A DNA stretch of 64,000 bases, filler included, from Octopus bimaculoides (GCF_001194135.2; 5 parts of 5 records of this genome joined end to end with filler, not necessarily neighbours in it), one strand, 5' to 3'; positions 11,702 through 24,556 are shown, counted from the first letter of the whole stretch. Notes: a model not told the origin generated them from the sequence alone. Translations and numbers: made by a program.

Positions 11702-12205
11702 GACGGGCTTCTTTTAGTTTCCGCCTACCAAATCCACTCACAAGGTTTTGGTGCCACGCGGTGGGAATGAACCCGGAACCATGTGGTTGGTAAGCAAGCT
11801 ACTTACCACACGGCCTTTTCAATCAAAGTTCTTTTGTCATACATTCTATAAACTCTTCGACGACTCTCTGTCCCATATCTTCTCCTGTCCAACTTATTCC
11901 ATTTTGTATTACAGTAAACGTTTTATTGCTGAAGGGAAATAACTCTGCTAATTCTCAATTTCTCATTTGTTCAATCGCTTTCGATTCCATTGAATCTAGT
12001 GACAAATTCTGCTGCAACAACCTATAACTATGCCCTTCTTATCCCTCTATAAAATTACGTTAACGAAAGTTGTCGAATCATTTAACATATGTTATAAATA
12101 TTGTAAATTATTTAAGCCATAAAATGATATTATAAGTGCGTGTGTGTCTGTGTGTGTGTGTACACACAATACATGTATACATATAGACAGAGAGAGAGAG
12201 AGAGG

Positions 12206-12263
<58 letters not shown>

Positions 12264-12413
12264 TTATATTATATTATATTATATTATTACAAATCAACTA
12301 AATTTCAATCTCAGATTTTTGGTTCCTATTGTATGAATGATTATCCTAAATTCATCCCGATATTTCAACCGCCTTCTCTCACTCTTTCTCCTTTCCTTTG
12401 ACTCACTCTCTCC

Positions 12414-12459
<46 letters not shown>

Positions 12460-13066
12460 CTTTCGCCTTTTTTTTTTCTTTGTCACTCTCGGATTGAAAA
12501 TCCTTTAAAGAATCCATTTAAAAGAGAAACAAATTTCGTACCAACATTTTACAAAACATAATTTAGTAACAGCACTCATATCTGTAACCGCTGAGTGTCA
12601 GAGTTGTCAGGGCATTGTATAGACTACCCCACGCTAATTGTTCCGACTTATTTGCTCTATGTTCAAATGACGCCCTGTTCAATTTTTAGCTTCCATCCTT
12701 TCGGAATTCACAAAAGAAATTACCAATCCAGGGTAACGTATTAGCAGAACTGTAGTGAGAAAAAAATCAAACTCTATACCTTGTAGTATTTGTTCCAGCT
12801 CTTTGTATTTCGAGTTCAAAACACGCCCAGGCCTGTTTGAGTGGTACACTTAATCCATAATCCGGTTTGATATCACCACGTTGTGCTTCGGGTACCTTTA
12901 GTGGATCCCGCTTTGTTGCAAGCATTCAAACCAGGACTCCGATTTTAGGACAAGTCACTATTTTCTTTTCTCTCGTTTTGGGGTTCCTTCCTGTCTAATA
13001 GATTTTTAAAATATCTTCGATCAAATTATTTCTTTCAATACAAGAATACAGAGACAATCCATGTAA

Positions 13067-13573
13067 TACTCTTTACTCTTTTACTTGTTTCAGTCTTTTG
13101 ACTGTGGCCATGCTGGAACACCGCCTTTAGTCGAGCAAATCGACCCCAGGACTTATTCTTTAGAAGCCTAGTACTTATTTTATCGGTCTCTTTTGCCGAA
13201 CCGCTAAGTTACGGGGACATAAACACACCAGCATCGGTTGTCAAGCGATGTTGGGGGGACAAACCCAGACACACAAACACATACACACATACATATANNN
13301 NNNNNNNNNNNNNNNNNNNNNNNNNNNNNNNNNNNNNNNNNNNNNNNNNNNNNNNNNNNNNNNNNNNNNNNNNNNNNNNNNNNNNNNNNNNNNNNNATAT
13401 ATACATACATATATACGACGGGCTTCTTTCAGTTTCCGTCTACCAAATCCACTCACAAGGCTTTGGTCGGCCCGAGGCTATAGTAGAAGACACTTGCCCA
13501 AGATGCCACGCAGTGGGACTGAACCCGGGACCATGTGGCTGGTAAGCAAGCTACTTACCACACAGCCACTCCT
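13067..13573 (-). mobile_element. SINE family A, full length, gap in internal microsatellite
   Basis: Tail (tactctt)n, both halves and head cagccactcct present. Confidence 0.9.
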
Positions 13574-14499
13574 ACGATTTATAATGATTTTTGATGCCAA
13601 AATGATAATTTATCCCCGTTTTGTAGTCAAGAGACTGATCTGATCCACTCGTGACCTATGACTCTCAAATTAACAAGCACCATCCATAAACAATATTATT
13701 GAAATTGTCTTAACCCCACCTCTTCTTTAAAAATTCTTTATTTCAGATACAATTCAAGCAATACAAACACAATTCAGTATAAAAATTACGATGATTAGAA
13801 AGTCAAAATTCGTGGTCTGTGATTCAAACTGATAATCACCACCCCTAAACAATACTAGTGACATTATTTGACCCCCACTTCTAAAATTTATTAATCAGAA
13901 AACAAAATAGTACACATCCATATAATTCTTCTGTCTTCGTCATACCGCTGGGAAAGTTTAAAAAGTACCAAAACTCTCTCATTTTTATTAAACATGGCAA
14001 ATTTTCTTCCTCACTTTTCAATCTTAACATGTTTTCAGTGAGGGCTATCAATTGCAAAGTACTGCACTAGAATGTTATCTTCAGCCTAAGACTTATAGAC
14101 GAGCAAGCCTTTCGTTTACATGAATGGGCCCAAAATAGATAGAGCCAATCAATTCCAATTCACAGTAGTGCTTCGTGGAATGCATCACCTACCTGTCAGA
14201 AGTCTCACCTGCTTAGTACTTCACCCAAAAATCAATAGAATTTCTCTTACTCTTTCAATTGAATGAGAAATAATAAGATAGATAGGTATACAGACAGACA
14301 GACAGATGTTAGATAAGTAGGAGAGGATACCGTTAAGTCGCAGTTATAAATTCAATGTTGATGGAAGGCAAGTAACTCTGGTAGTTATTCCCCTTGGGAA
14401 CCGATCACGTACTATATAATATCGTTTAACATTGCCATAGCTCAAGCTGATAGTCCATTGTCATTTGATCAATTAATAGGAGGCTAGTTTGATACTAGA

Positions 14500-14523
14500 A
14501 AGGTAGATATGTAGGTAGGTTAG

Positions 14524-14589
<66 letters not shown>

Positions 14590-14879
14590 CATACATACAT
14601 ACATAGTTGCATAGATACAAGCACGCATGCAAATATATATGCACACATAAATGTATGCATNNNNNNNNNNGTATGTACGTACGTACATACATACATACAT
14701 ACATACATACATACATACATACATACATACATGAAAATATACATGCATACATACATGGAAACATACATAGTTGCATAGATACATGTATGCATGCATAAAT
14801 ACATCCATACATAAATGCAGGCATGCATGCATACGTACATAATACATACATACGTACATGCATACATACATACATTTAC
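14500..14879. repeat. Compound (TAGA)n/(TACA)n microsatellite
   Basis: Tetranucleotide runs with a 10-N gap. Confidence 0.9.
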
Positions 14880-15294
14880 GGCGGCGAGCTGGTAGAAACG
14901 ATAGCGCGTCGGGCGCAATGTTTAGCGGTATTTCGTCTGTCGTTACGTTCTGAGTTCAAATTCCGCCGTGGTCGACTTTGCCTTTCATCCTTTCGGGGTC
15001 GATTAAATAAGTACCAGTTACGCACTGGGGTCGATATAATCGAGTTAATCATTTGTCTGTCTTTGTTTGTCTCCTCTGTGTACAGCCCCTTGTGGGCAGT
15101 AAAGAAATAGGTATTTCGTCTGCCGCTACGTTCTGAGTTCAAATTCCGCCAAGGTCGACTTTGCCTTTCATCCTTTCGGGGTCGATTAAATAAGTACCAG
15201 TTACGCACTGGGGTCGATATGATTGACTTAATCCCTTTGTTTGTCCTTGTTTGTCCCCACTGTGTGTAGCCCCTTGTGGGTAGTAAAGAAATAA
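14880..15294 (+). mobile_element. Two head-to-tail SINE family B copies (second 5'-truncated) embedded in (TACA)n
   Basis: 14880-15110 complete; 15111-15294 repeats body and tail (cttgtggg.agtaaagaaata). Confidence 0.9.
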
Positions 15295-15634
15295 TACATA
15301 CATACATACATACATACATACATACATACATACATAGGATCCTTACAGCCGTTCCAGATGTTGGGTGTCACTAAAATAGAGCGTCTCTCATAGTGAAATA
15401 TGCCCTTAATGTAACAGGATCACATCCCAAAGACTCACTCTTCTCTTCAGAGCCAGAAAACTTTTCCGCGGCATTAAAATGAATGTTGGGCCGCGCAGTG
15501 TTGTTACCTTTGCATTTCGTTATGGGCCAGTGGTGTACGCAGAAATAACAAGCAATATATGGTCGGGTGAGGTCTTCGTGATATCTTTTATCTTGTACAT
15601 GTTCACTAGGATGCAGTCCTGCAAGGGGACAGCC

Positions 15635-15795
15635 TTGAACAAATCGACCCCAAGACAGTTTTTTGAAACCTAGGATTTATTCTGTCGGTTTCTTTTGCCA
15701 AACCGCTAAGTTACGGGGACGTGAACACACTAACAACGGTTGCCAAGCAGTGGTGGGGGACAAACAGACACAAACACACGCACACACACACACAC
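15635..15795 (-). mobile_element. SINE family A, 3' half
   Basis: acaaatcgacccc...ccgctaagttacggggacgtg...gggggacaaacagacac. Confidence 0.7.
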
Positions 15796-15895
15796 NNNNN
15801 NNNNNNNNNNNNNNNNNNNNNNNNNNNNNNNNNNNNNNNTTAATTAATTAANNNNNNNNNNNNNNNNNNNNNNNNNNNNNNNNNNNNNNNNNNNN
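15796..15895. other. Artificial 100-bp gap spacer (44 N + TTAATTAATTAA + 44 N)
   Basis: Identical construct at 23353, 39750 and 61799. Confidence 0.95.
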
Positions 15896-16069
15896 TTATA
15901 AACCAATCTAAACGAAGTTCAAAACTCGACCACGGCGATTCCTAAACTTATTTCGTCGTGGACCTCTCCCTTTTTTTTTCTTTTTCTTTACCGTTAACTC
16001 CTCATTACCCTAATTTTGATAAGACATTCATTCATCAAAATCGTTTTGCACGTGGTAAGGATCATGCTT

Positions 16070-16395
16070 CCCACCAATGCTTTTTATGTGGCACCCACAC
16101 CAGAGCTTTTTATGTGGCACTATCACCAGTGCTTTTCATGTGGTACCCACACCAGTGCTTTTTATGTGGCACCCACACCGATGCTTTTCATGTGGCACCA
16201 GTGTTTCTATGTTAAAGTAGCACCAGTGCGCTTTCCATGGCACCAGTGCATTTACGTGGCACCAGTGCATTTACGTGACACCAGCACCAGTGCTCTTTAT
16301 GTGGCGCTAGTGTTTCTACATAGCACCAGTGCATTTACGTGGTACCTGTGCTTTTTACATGGCACCAGCACCAGTGCTTTATAGGTGGCACTTTG
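16070..16395. repeat. Degenerate 18-26 bp minisatellite (caccagtgc ttttatgtggcac)
   Basis: About 15 imperfect units built from caccagtgc and tttt(a/c)(t/c)gtggcac. Confidence 0.85.
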
Positions 16396-16663
16396 GTTTT
16401 AGGATATCACTGTTGTTGTGTTGGGAGGGTCTTCTTGAGTACAGCAATGTGCCACTAGTTCCAGTAATAACTAGGAAGTTAACCCTATGCTGCACTAGTG
16501 GCCTGTTCAGGGGACAGAGGCCTTATAACTTCAGTCACTAAGACACCATGGAAACCTGACAAAGCTCAGATCTTAGGGATTCAGAATGTGGAGACAGATG
16601 CAGTTCCACTAAGCATTTTGCCCAGCATGCATAAGAATGTCATTAACAATTTTGTCTTTGGCA

Positions 16664-16860
16664 CCTGGTACTTCTCTTTTGGTTTCTTCTACCAAACTGC
16701 TGTGTCATAGGGACGTAAACACACCAGCACCAGTTGTCAAGCAGTGGTCAGCCCGAGAATATAGTGGAAGACACTTGCCGAAGGTGTCACGCAGTTGGAC
16801 TGAATCCTGAACCATGAGGTTGGAAAGCAAACTTTTTACCACATAGTCATGCCTGCACCT
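16664..16860 (-). mobile_element. SINE family A with internal deletion
   Basis: Tail piece gggacgtaaacacaccagc is joined to head piece gaagacacttgcc...ttaccacatagtcatgcctgcacc; the microsatellite is lost. Confidence 0.7.
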
Positions 16861-17204
16861 GTACGACACTTTCACCTATACCACACTGCCACCTACATGT
16901 ACAACACCTGTATGTCATAGTCAATGATTCAATCGCTATTCTGCATTATGCTATTTTCTGCAATAAATGTTGCGCCGGATTTTGCAAATGCTGATCATGT
17001 ATATCTATTCAAAACCACCAAAGCGTATGCATATTTACAAATTAATGCATGACCTTAAAAAACGGCTTACACGTATGTTATGAAAGCTTTCAAGCAATAA
17101 AATGTTTTGCCCATGCAAAAGCTACATGTATACCACGAATCTGGCACATTCTATTCAAGGGCTACAAATGTACATAATTAGCATTTTTATTTGCTTTCAT
17201 TAAG

Positions 17205-17345
17205 GTGGTTACCTAGCAGAATTGTTAGCACGCTCGGCAAAATGCTTTTAAAAAAGATCCGGTTGATGTATTCGACTAGTCCCCTCCCCACCAACGTTTA
17301 CCTTTATTTAAGTTTATAGAGGGAAATTTTGAAGATTTGGTCGTT
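17205..17345 (+). mobile_element. SINE family B, deleted and diverged
   Basis: gcagaattgttagcacgctcggcaaaatgct head joined to gttgatgtattcgactagtcccctcccc tail. Confidence 0.55.
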
Positions 17346-17959
17346 ATTTGTGTGTAGAACTACATTGTACAATATCTATTTTTTTAAAGACGGTAAGCCA
17401 TGATTCGAGAAATATTTAGCTGCTATTTCTAACGAGTTGAGCGACCACGTAGAAGCTTCCTATATTTATTTCTCTCTCACTGTTGTTGCTTTAGAATTAC
17501 TTTAAGTGGCCACGAGTTAACCCCCTTATTGAGCTGGTTGGGTCATATCCGCTCTCAGAAACGCCATTCGAAGTCTTGATTACGTTGTTATTTTATATAA
17601 GAAACAATTAATTGTATTTCACTTATTGAGAAATATAGTTCTACCACTCATGCAAATGCTTCGTAGATCCGTTGTCACAAAGAATGGCAAGGAAGATACG
17701 TTGAAAGAACCCGTTTTACCTCGCGGGGCTCATTCCTGCAGATGGTTGTTTTCAGGAACACAAATCATCGCCAGATGCTTCCCATCACTCGAGATACAAA
17801 AAGAAATCTATCGAATTGGCAACCAATACTTCGTCACTTAGCAAGCAACGAAATCTTGGCTCGACGCGGATTTCTCCAGGTTGCTGTTGGAATAAGTATG
17901 GAGCATCGCTGCTGGACGCATCTCAGATAAGGGATTTGTCACAACTAAACGAGGAGATT

Positions 17960-18038
17960 GTGTCCTCAGTTATAGCCCAGGGCTGACCAATGCCTTATAA
18001 GTGGATTTGGTTGGTGGAAACTGTGTGGGAACCGGTCG

Positions 18039-18113
<75 letters not shown>

Positions 18114-18345
18114 GTCTATCTATCTATCTATCTGCCTGTCTGTCTGAGAGTGTGTGTGTGTCCTCCACCTCATTGCTTGACTCCGGTGCTGGTTTGTTTA
18201 TGTCTTTGTAACTTAGCGGCTCGGCAAAAAAAAAGCCCTATAGAATAAGTCCCAGACTTAGAAATAAGTACTGAGGCCGATTTGTTCGACCAAGCTCTCC
18301 AAGGGGTTGCCCTAACATTGCCGCAGTCCTATCACTGGAGCAAAC
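17960..18345 (+). mobile_element. SINE family A, 5'-truncated, internal (TCTA)n
   Basis: gtggatttggt...ggaaactg, microsatellite, gtaacttagcggctcggcaaaa...gatttgttcgac. Confidence 0.75.
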
Positions 18346-18389
18346 AGCTATATTATTTTCTCCTTTTACGAGACAACGAATGAACGCCC

Positions 18390-18920
18390 GTTCGAAAAGT
18401 GGGGGCTAGAGAGAGGCAAGACGTGGTATGAGCACAAACCGCTGAGAGTGGCGGAGTCGGAGACTAGCAAAATCCTCTGGGATTTCCCAATCCAAACGGA
18501 TCAGGTGCTTGAGCATAACAGACCGGACCTAGTGGTGGTGGACAAGTTGCACCACATATGTTATATAGTTGATGTTGCATGCTCCTTTGACCCACGAATA
18601 GTCAAGAAGGAAGGCGAAAAGATAGATAGGTACAACCCTCTTATGTACGAAATAGCCTGACTATGGAAAATGAAGAAGGTGAAGATAGTGCCAATTATTG
18701 TTGGGTCCTTGAGGAGAGTATCAGAAGGCATCAAGAGGAATATAAAGGAAATCGGAATAGAGTGCCCAGTAGAACTGTTACAAAGGGTTGGCTTCCTTGG
18801 CATGGCCAGAATAATCAGGAAAGTATTGGATAGTTGAAAAGAACGGATAGCATGGTACCGTAGGCTGCAGGTAGTAAACCCGCTACGCTTTTAAGACACC
18901 AGGAGTTCCAACAAAACCAA
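18390..18920 (+). mobile_element. RLE-type non-LTR retrotransposon (R4/Dong-like) 3' fragment
   Basis: KWGL...WYEHKP...ILWDFPIQTDQVLEHNRPDLVVVDK...IVDVACSFD.RIVKKEGEKIDRY...VPIIVGSL...RKVLDS* with one in-frame stop at 18658. This is a PD-(D/E)xK endonuclease pattern, followed by (TAA)n(CAA)n. Confidence 0.85.
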
Positions 18921-18940
18921 ATAATAATAATAATAATAAT

Positions 18941-18976
<36 letters not shown>

Positions 18977-18984
18977 AATAATAA

Positions 18985-19107
18985 TCCTTCCTGCTATATG
19001 CACAAGGGGTCTGAAATTTGGGGAGCGGGGACTAGTCAATTTTAGCGACCCCAGTGCTTCGCTGGTGCTTATTTAATCGACCCCGGAAGGAGGAAAGGCA
19101 AAGTCGA
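18985..19107 (-). mobile_element. SINE family B, 3' part
   Basis: gcacaagg...gaaatttggggagcgggg...cgaccccagtgc...atcgaccccggaagga.gaaaggcaaagtcga. Confidence 0.75.
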
Positions 19108-19525
19108 TATTAATGATGATAAGGCTGGATTATAGTAACAAGAATACCTTTTCACCATTCGAGTAGTGAATTAAAAAAGAAAAAAGCGTTTTTAACCAAA
19201 TTTTAAGACTGATGAAAGTTATCTCCCCTAACACACAAAGGCAAGTTATCATACTATGTATATTTTCATATTAAAACCATACAAACAAAACAAAAGCCCC
19301 CCACAAAGGGAATAAAAGAAGAATTCTTGGTTTATCTCCAAGACCTGCACATAATGGCTACCTCTGAGGAGCGCAGGGTTACATAATCGGACTGTTACCC
19401 AGTACTCCGTTGAACCCCTAGAGATGGGTAAGATCGGTCGTAATTGATACATAATACTATACACTTCGATTAATACATACATACATACATACAAATATGT
19501 ATATTTATATGTATGTATGTATGTA

Positions 19526-19565
<40 letters not shown>

Positions 19566-19567
<2 letters not shown>

Positions 19568-19660
19568 CCCCTCTCCGTTTTTTCCTTCTCTTTCCATTTT
19601 TTCCTCTCATGCCTTTCCGTCGAAGAGTGTAGGCTCGAAACGTCAAAAGCATTCTCCAAT
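19566..19660 (+). mobile_element. Penelope-like terminal fragment with variant hammerhead motif (19611-19650)
   Basis: cttt-ccgtcga-a-gagt-gtag-gctc-gaaa-cg-tc-aaa, starting directly after (TA)n. Confidence 0.6.
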
Positions 19661-19779
19661 CTGTGAACAGAATTATAATAGGAGATAACTATAAAGCTTT
19701 CTTAAAAACGTAACCATTCACCAATTTTAGATGCCAATAGTGATTCTTAAACGAAACCCAAAGGAGTAAAGGACAAAAA

Positions 19780-19919
19780 TTAAATTCCTTGGGGGCCCGT
19801 CTGATATTCTAGAATTGTGTCGCCACAGCATACATAAACTAGAATTTGGGACCCTAAACCTGTAAGACCCCCTTCCCCCGGCAACTGCACAATATGCCCA
19901 TGCCTTTAAGACGGTACTG
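19780..19919. mobile_element. Possible hAT-type MITE end
   Basis: Terminus tgcccatgcc.ttaagacggtactg resembles CAG(T/G)GCCGTCTTAA-type TIRs; partner TIR not found. Confidence 0.35.
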
Positions 19920-22009
19920 GCTGCACGTTTATTACAGCTTTTTAGTTATGATAAAGAAACCAGTCAGAATTCAAGCGTACGGTCTAACTGCAAGCCTAAT
20001 CACTTAACCCTAACCCAGATCAGGTCATTTTCATAGTGTGGAGCAGGGATTCCGTCGGAAACCACACGCTAGAGTAGCATCGTATTTACTCATTGACAGC
20101 AAGCTACAACATACGTAGATCAGAATAGGATCCAAGACCCGTGAGTCGGTATGCAACAACTCATGGCTTACGATGGCACTAATCCACCATCCGTACAGTC
20201 TTTGGATTATTCTTTCTGATTCTGGCACAGATCCAGTAATTTTGAGGTGGTGGTGGTGAGTGAGAAGTCAACTACAATCGCCCCCTAAAGCAGTGTTCCA
20301 GCTTATGACAAGTAATTCGGTCAGAATTGAAGTCATTCCTTGACTTGTCTCCTCATTAGTGTTTTATAAAGAGGAAACATTTTTTCCTGCCACACCGCTT
20401 CGTTCTATAATTTTCTCTCAATCATTCTCATTACTGCCCTAACCTGTCCTGCTGCGATTTTTATGGGCTTTTCTCCTTCTTTCTAAGCCGGTTGTATCCG
20501 ACTGAGTTGTATTATTAGTAGCTTTTTTCTTTTTTTTGTAGTTCTTTTTACGAATCCACCCCCGGCGACGAAGTAAAAAACAAGCAAACAAAAAACAAAA
20601 AGAAAAAAAAAAAACGGACACTCACTGTCAACGTATGTTTGTGTATACGAGGAACAGATAGGAAGTACCTATGATGTATATATATAAACCTACTACATAC
20701 GTTATAACTATGTTACGTATAACGAAGCCTTATGTATTTAATTGAACATCTGTTATTATTTTTAATAATTAAACACTAGAAACACTCCCTCTTCTCGCCC
20801 CCCCCCCATATCTCCTGTCTACACACAATCTATTATATATTTATCTGTCATTATAACCAATTCCATGGAACCCTCTAATATTATCACTCGGTTACGGCAA
20901 TTTGACGCCTATCCGAAAACCTTGGAAGATTTCCGAGTGAAGACTTTTGGTGGAGCAATTGGTAAGGATCACTTTATATTCTTATATATTTATATTTTCT
21001 GTTCCCCCCCCCCCACTGTTAATTTCAATCGTCAGTAAAATATCAATATACTTTTCCAAACAGTTTAAATTACGGTAGAAATTATTATTTTTTCCCCCCT
21101 TCTCTCTCTTTAAATCTTCGTTACAATCTATAACTTCCTCTTCCTGGCAATTTTAGTTAAAAGCAAAATATGCTATAAGTGTGTGTGTATCTATGAATGT
21201 ATATGTATCTATGAATGTATATATATATATGTGTGTGTGTATAACGACACATGTTTTTTATCAACTTAAATCAGATGTGGGCTGGGTGTATATGTGTCCT
21301 GTGCCGCTTTTACGACACGCTGACCAGGTATTGCAATACAACGTGACTGATATGTATGTAAATGAATATATATATATATATATATGTATACACACACGAA
21401 ATTAGGACTCTACAGACTTCGGTAGAATCTATACTTTTATTGTGATTGCAAAAGTTCAGGATGCTGGTTGATATGTATATATGTATGTGCGGTTCTAAGC
21501 CATTAAATTGTTAAATTACCTATGAAAATTCATTTTTTTCTTTCTGTATATTACCATAAGTTTACACTTCTGTTAACTTTATTATACTTAAGAAATTAAT
21601 GACACTATGGTTCGTGATTAACAGTCATTAATATACATACATACAAAATAGACTGCTTTATTTTGAGTTTGCTAGTGTTAACAATACATGCAAATAAAAT
21701 ACCGACTGGAGATGTGCTCCAAGTGTGTTATATTCCACTTAATACATACATACAGAGAGAAGGCATACTTTTTAATTGAAAACATGGCTAATTTCTGTAT
21801 GAAAAAAGCCCTATTTAGTCATTCGGAAGTAATCAGAGCTTAAATGTTTAATGTCAAGAACTCGAGAGAGAAGACTAAAGAATGTCGCTTTGAAAGTTTT
21901 TAAATCTTCATTTCAAAGTGTCTTTTGTGTTTGTTTTATGTGTGTATATCGTTTGTAGAAATACATAAATCCGGAGGTAAGGCACACTTTAAGATGTAGA
22001 ACAGTTAAG

Positions 22010-22204
22010 ATTATAATGGGGTAGGCCGGTTTTTGGGGTTACCCTGGGTTTCTCGCTCATAAGGGGTTTAGAATTACGGCGTGTCTTCAGACCCCAAACA
22101 CTGCTGGCATGATTGTTTGAGCTCTGAAGGTATGCCGTAAGGCTAAACCCTTTATGAGCGAGAAACCCAGGGCAACGCCACAAACCGGCCTACCCCACTA
22201 TAAT
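22010..22204. mobile_element. 195-bp palindromic MITE-like hairpin
   Basis: Arms 22010-22100 and 22114-22204, about 12 mismatches in 91 bp, 13-nt loop, TA-rich ends. Confidence 0.8.
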
Positions 22205-22361
22205 ATACACACACACATACACAGAGGAGTGGACAAACGAAATAAAAGGCCACACAATACATTTAGGAGTTATATCATTTAAAACAGGTTAGGGGGCTTT
22301 TGAAACTTGAAGTAGCATGAAACCGAATCAGACTGGGAAAGACTTCCGGCCGTCTGTTTTA

Positions 22362-22400
<39 letters not shown>

Positions 22401-22723
22401 CGAACTTAAACANNNNNNNNNNNNNNNNNNNNNNNNNNNNNNNNNNNNNNNNNNNNNNNNNNNNNNNNNNNNNNNNNNNNNNNNNNNNNNNNNNNNNNNN
22501 NNNNNNNTTAGAAGGCCGTACTCCAGCATGGTCGCAGTCAAATAACTGAAACAACCAAAAGAATTGTAAACATTAACCGAATATATTCTATGGTTTTGAG
22601 TGAAGAGATGTTTTTATTATTTTTTTTATATATATCACCTGTTCTAGATGCCTTTTTTCCCTTGTGTCTAAGTTGTTGATTTCCATTGCTACACACACAC
22701 ACATATATATACACACACACACA

Positions 22724-22773
<50 letters not shown>

Positions 22774-23194
22774 CACACACATAAGACAAAAATTTTGCAA
22801 GTACAACCGAGAGAAAGGGTACTCAATACAAATTATCGAAGTTCCTTTATTATTCGGGAGAAATCAAACATCAAACCAGCTGATAATCTGAGCTTCGTGT
22901 TTTTAGTCTCTGAACATTCGTTCATAGCGAGAAACTTCTCAGTAACAAGGGCTTGATAACCCTCCGCCCACTACCGCGCGCGTATATATATTGTATACAC
23001 ATACACACACTCACACTCTGCAATCTTTCGCTAGAAGTCTATGAGGTCGTGAGTCTGTAACATTGTGTTTCATTTAATCAACACAGCTGATCAGTAAAAA
23101 TGACCACCCCTACATATATTTCTTCGTTACTAACGTCATGTATTAATACCGAAATATTTCCATGCCTACCTACATACATGGATATATGCATACG

Positions 23195-23352
23195 TATATA
23201 TATATATATAATATATATAATATATATATATAATATATATATATAATATATATATATATAATATATATATATAATATATATATATATAATATATATATAT
23301 ATAATATATATATATAATATATATATATAATATATATATATATATATAATAT
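23195..23352. repeat. ((TA)n TAA) compound minisatellite
   Basis: About 12 units of tatatatatataa-type sequence running into a gap. Confidence 0.85.
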
Positions 23353-23452
23353 NNNNNNNNNNNNNNNNNNNNNNNNNNNNNNNNNNNNNNNNNNNNTTAA
23401 TTAATTAANNNNNNNNNNNNNNNNNNNNNNNNNNNNNNNNNNNNNNNNNNNN
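23353..23452. other. Artificial 100-bp gap spacer
   Basis: 44 N + TTAATTAATTAA + 44 N. Confidence 0.95.
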
Positions 23453-23498
23453 CGAACAGAAACACAAAGACACACACATTGAGATATATATGTATGTG

Positions 23499-23538
<40 letters not shown>

Positions 23539-23692
23539 CACATACACGACAGGTTTCATTCAGTTTCCTTCTACCAAATCCACTCTCAAGGTTATGGTCG
23601 GGCTGGGGCTATAATAGAAGATACTTACCCAAGGTGCCACGGAGTGGGACTGAACCCGGAACCATGTGGTTGAAAAGCAAAATTCTTACCAG
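23453..23692 (-). mobile_element. SINE family A, head plus internal microsatellite
   Basis: ctaccaaatccactc.caagg...aaggtgccacggagtgggactgaacccggaaccatgtgg. Confidence 0.8.
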
Positions 23693-24556
23693 TAGTTTCT
23701 AAAGCTTTGTGAGAGTCACTAGGCTAGTAACAGAATTATAACTCTGTAAGCTCACACACACATACTCACACAGACACACACATACTCGCACATACACACT
23801 ATAAACATGTGTGTGTGTGCGTGTGCGCGTACGCATGTGTGAGTGTGTGTGTGAGTGTACGTATTTCACGTGCGTAAGAATTAAATCGCTTAAACACATA
23901 CCTGTGTGTTTAGTGCTGACCAGTCGTATATAAATAATCTACTTAACTACATGCGCACACACTTACGTAAATAAATACACACACACGCACACACACATAT
24001 ACATTCACACCCACGTACATATAGATATGTGTGCTTCCGTGTGTGTGTGTGTGTGTATTTTTGTTCGTATGTATGTATGTACGTTCATTGGCAAAACTGC
24101 ATAGAATATCTTGTCTGTATTGTTAAGTCCACCATTGTTATCACAGCAAACCGAAGCTAACATCATGTGCCGATGCACAACAAAAGCATTGAAACAAATT
24201 TTAAATCATTCAACATCAAATACGCGACATCATAAAAGCCTTTTTGCGGCAAACTTCGATGACCTCGGCTGCAGAAAGGACAGAATTAAGTGGTTTTAAG
24301 TTCTTTTCTGACCGTCAAAAAGTCTATGTGTAACAAGCAAAGACTACTACATTTACGTTAGTTAATATTACTTCATAGTAGACGATATCGAATACATTGA
24401 AAGTGTATATATATATATATCGATAGTGTATATAGTGTATATATTATCTTACCACCTCTGCATACTAACTTATCTCAAGAAGTGTTTAATCATGCATGTA
24501 TGGATATGTGTATGGATACATGTATGTATGTATGTATGTATGTATGTATGTATAAG

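Larger units (their letters stand above)
11138..11815 (-). mobile_element. SINE family A interrupted in its internal (TA)n by a 288-bp insertion
   Basis: Tail 11138-11340, (TA)n, foreign insert 11382-11669, (TA)n, head 11700-11815. Confidence 0.85.

Noticed and set aside
14021-14100. Minus-strand CUGAAGA...GAAA-ACAUGU-UA with palindrome AACAUGUU
   Set aside because: Helix I does not pair next to the core and helix II does not close; may be chance or extreme decay.
15840-15851. TTAATTAATTAA as a PacI-like or homeodomain regulatory site
   Set aside because: Always centred in exactly 88 N; an assembly linker.
16070-16395. CRISPR-like repeat appearance
   Set aside because: Eukaryotic context, degenerate units, no unique spacers, no cas genes.
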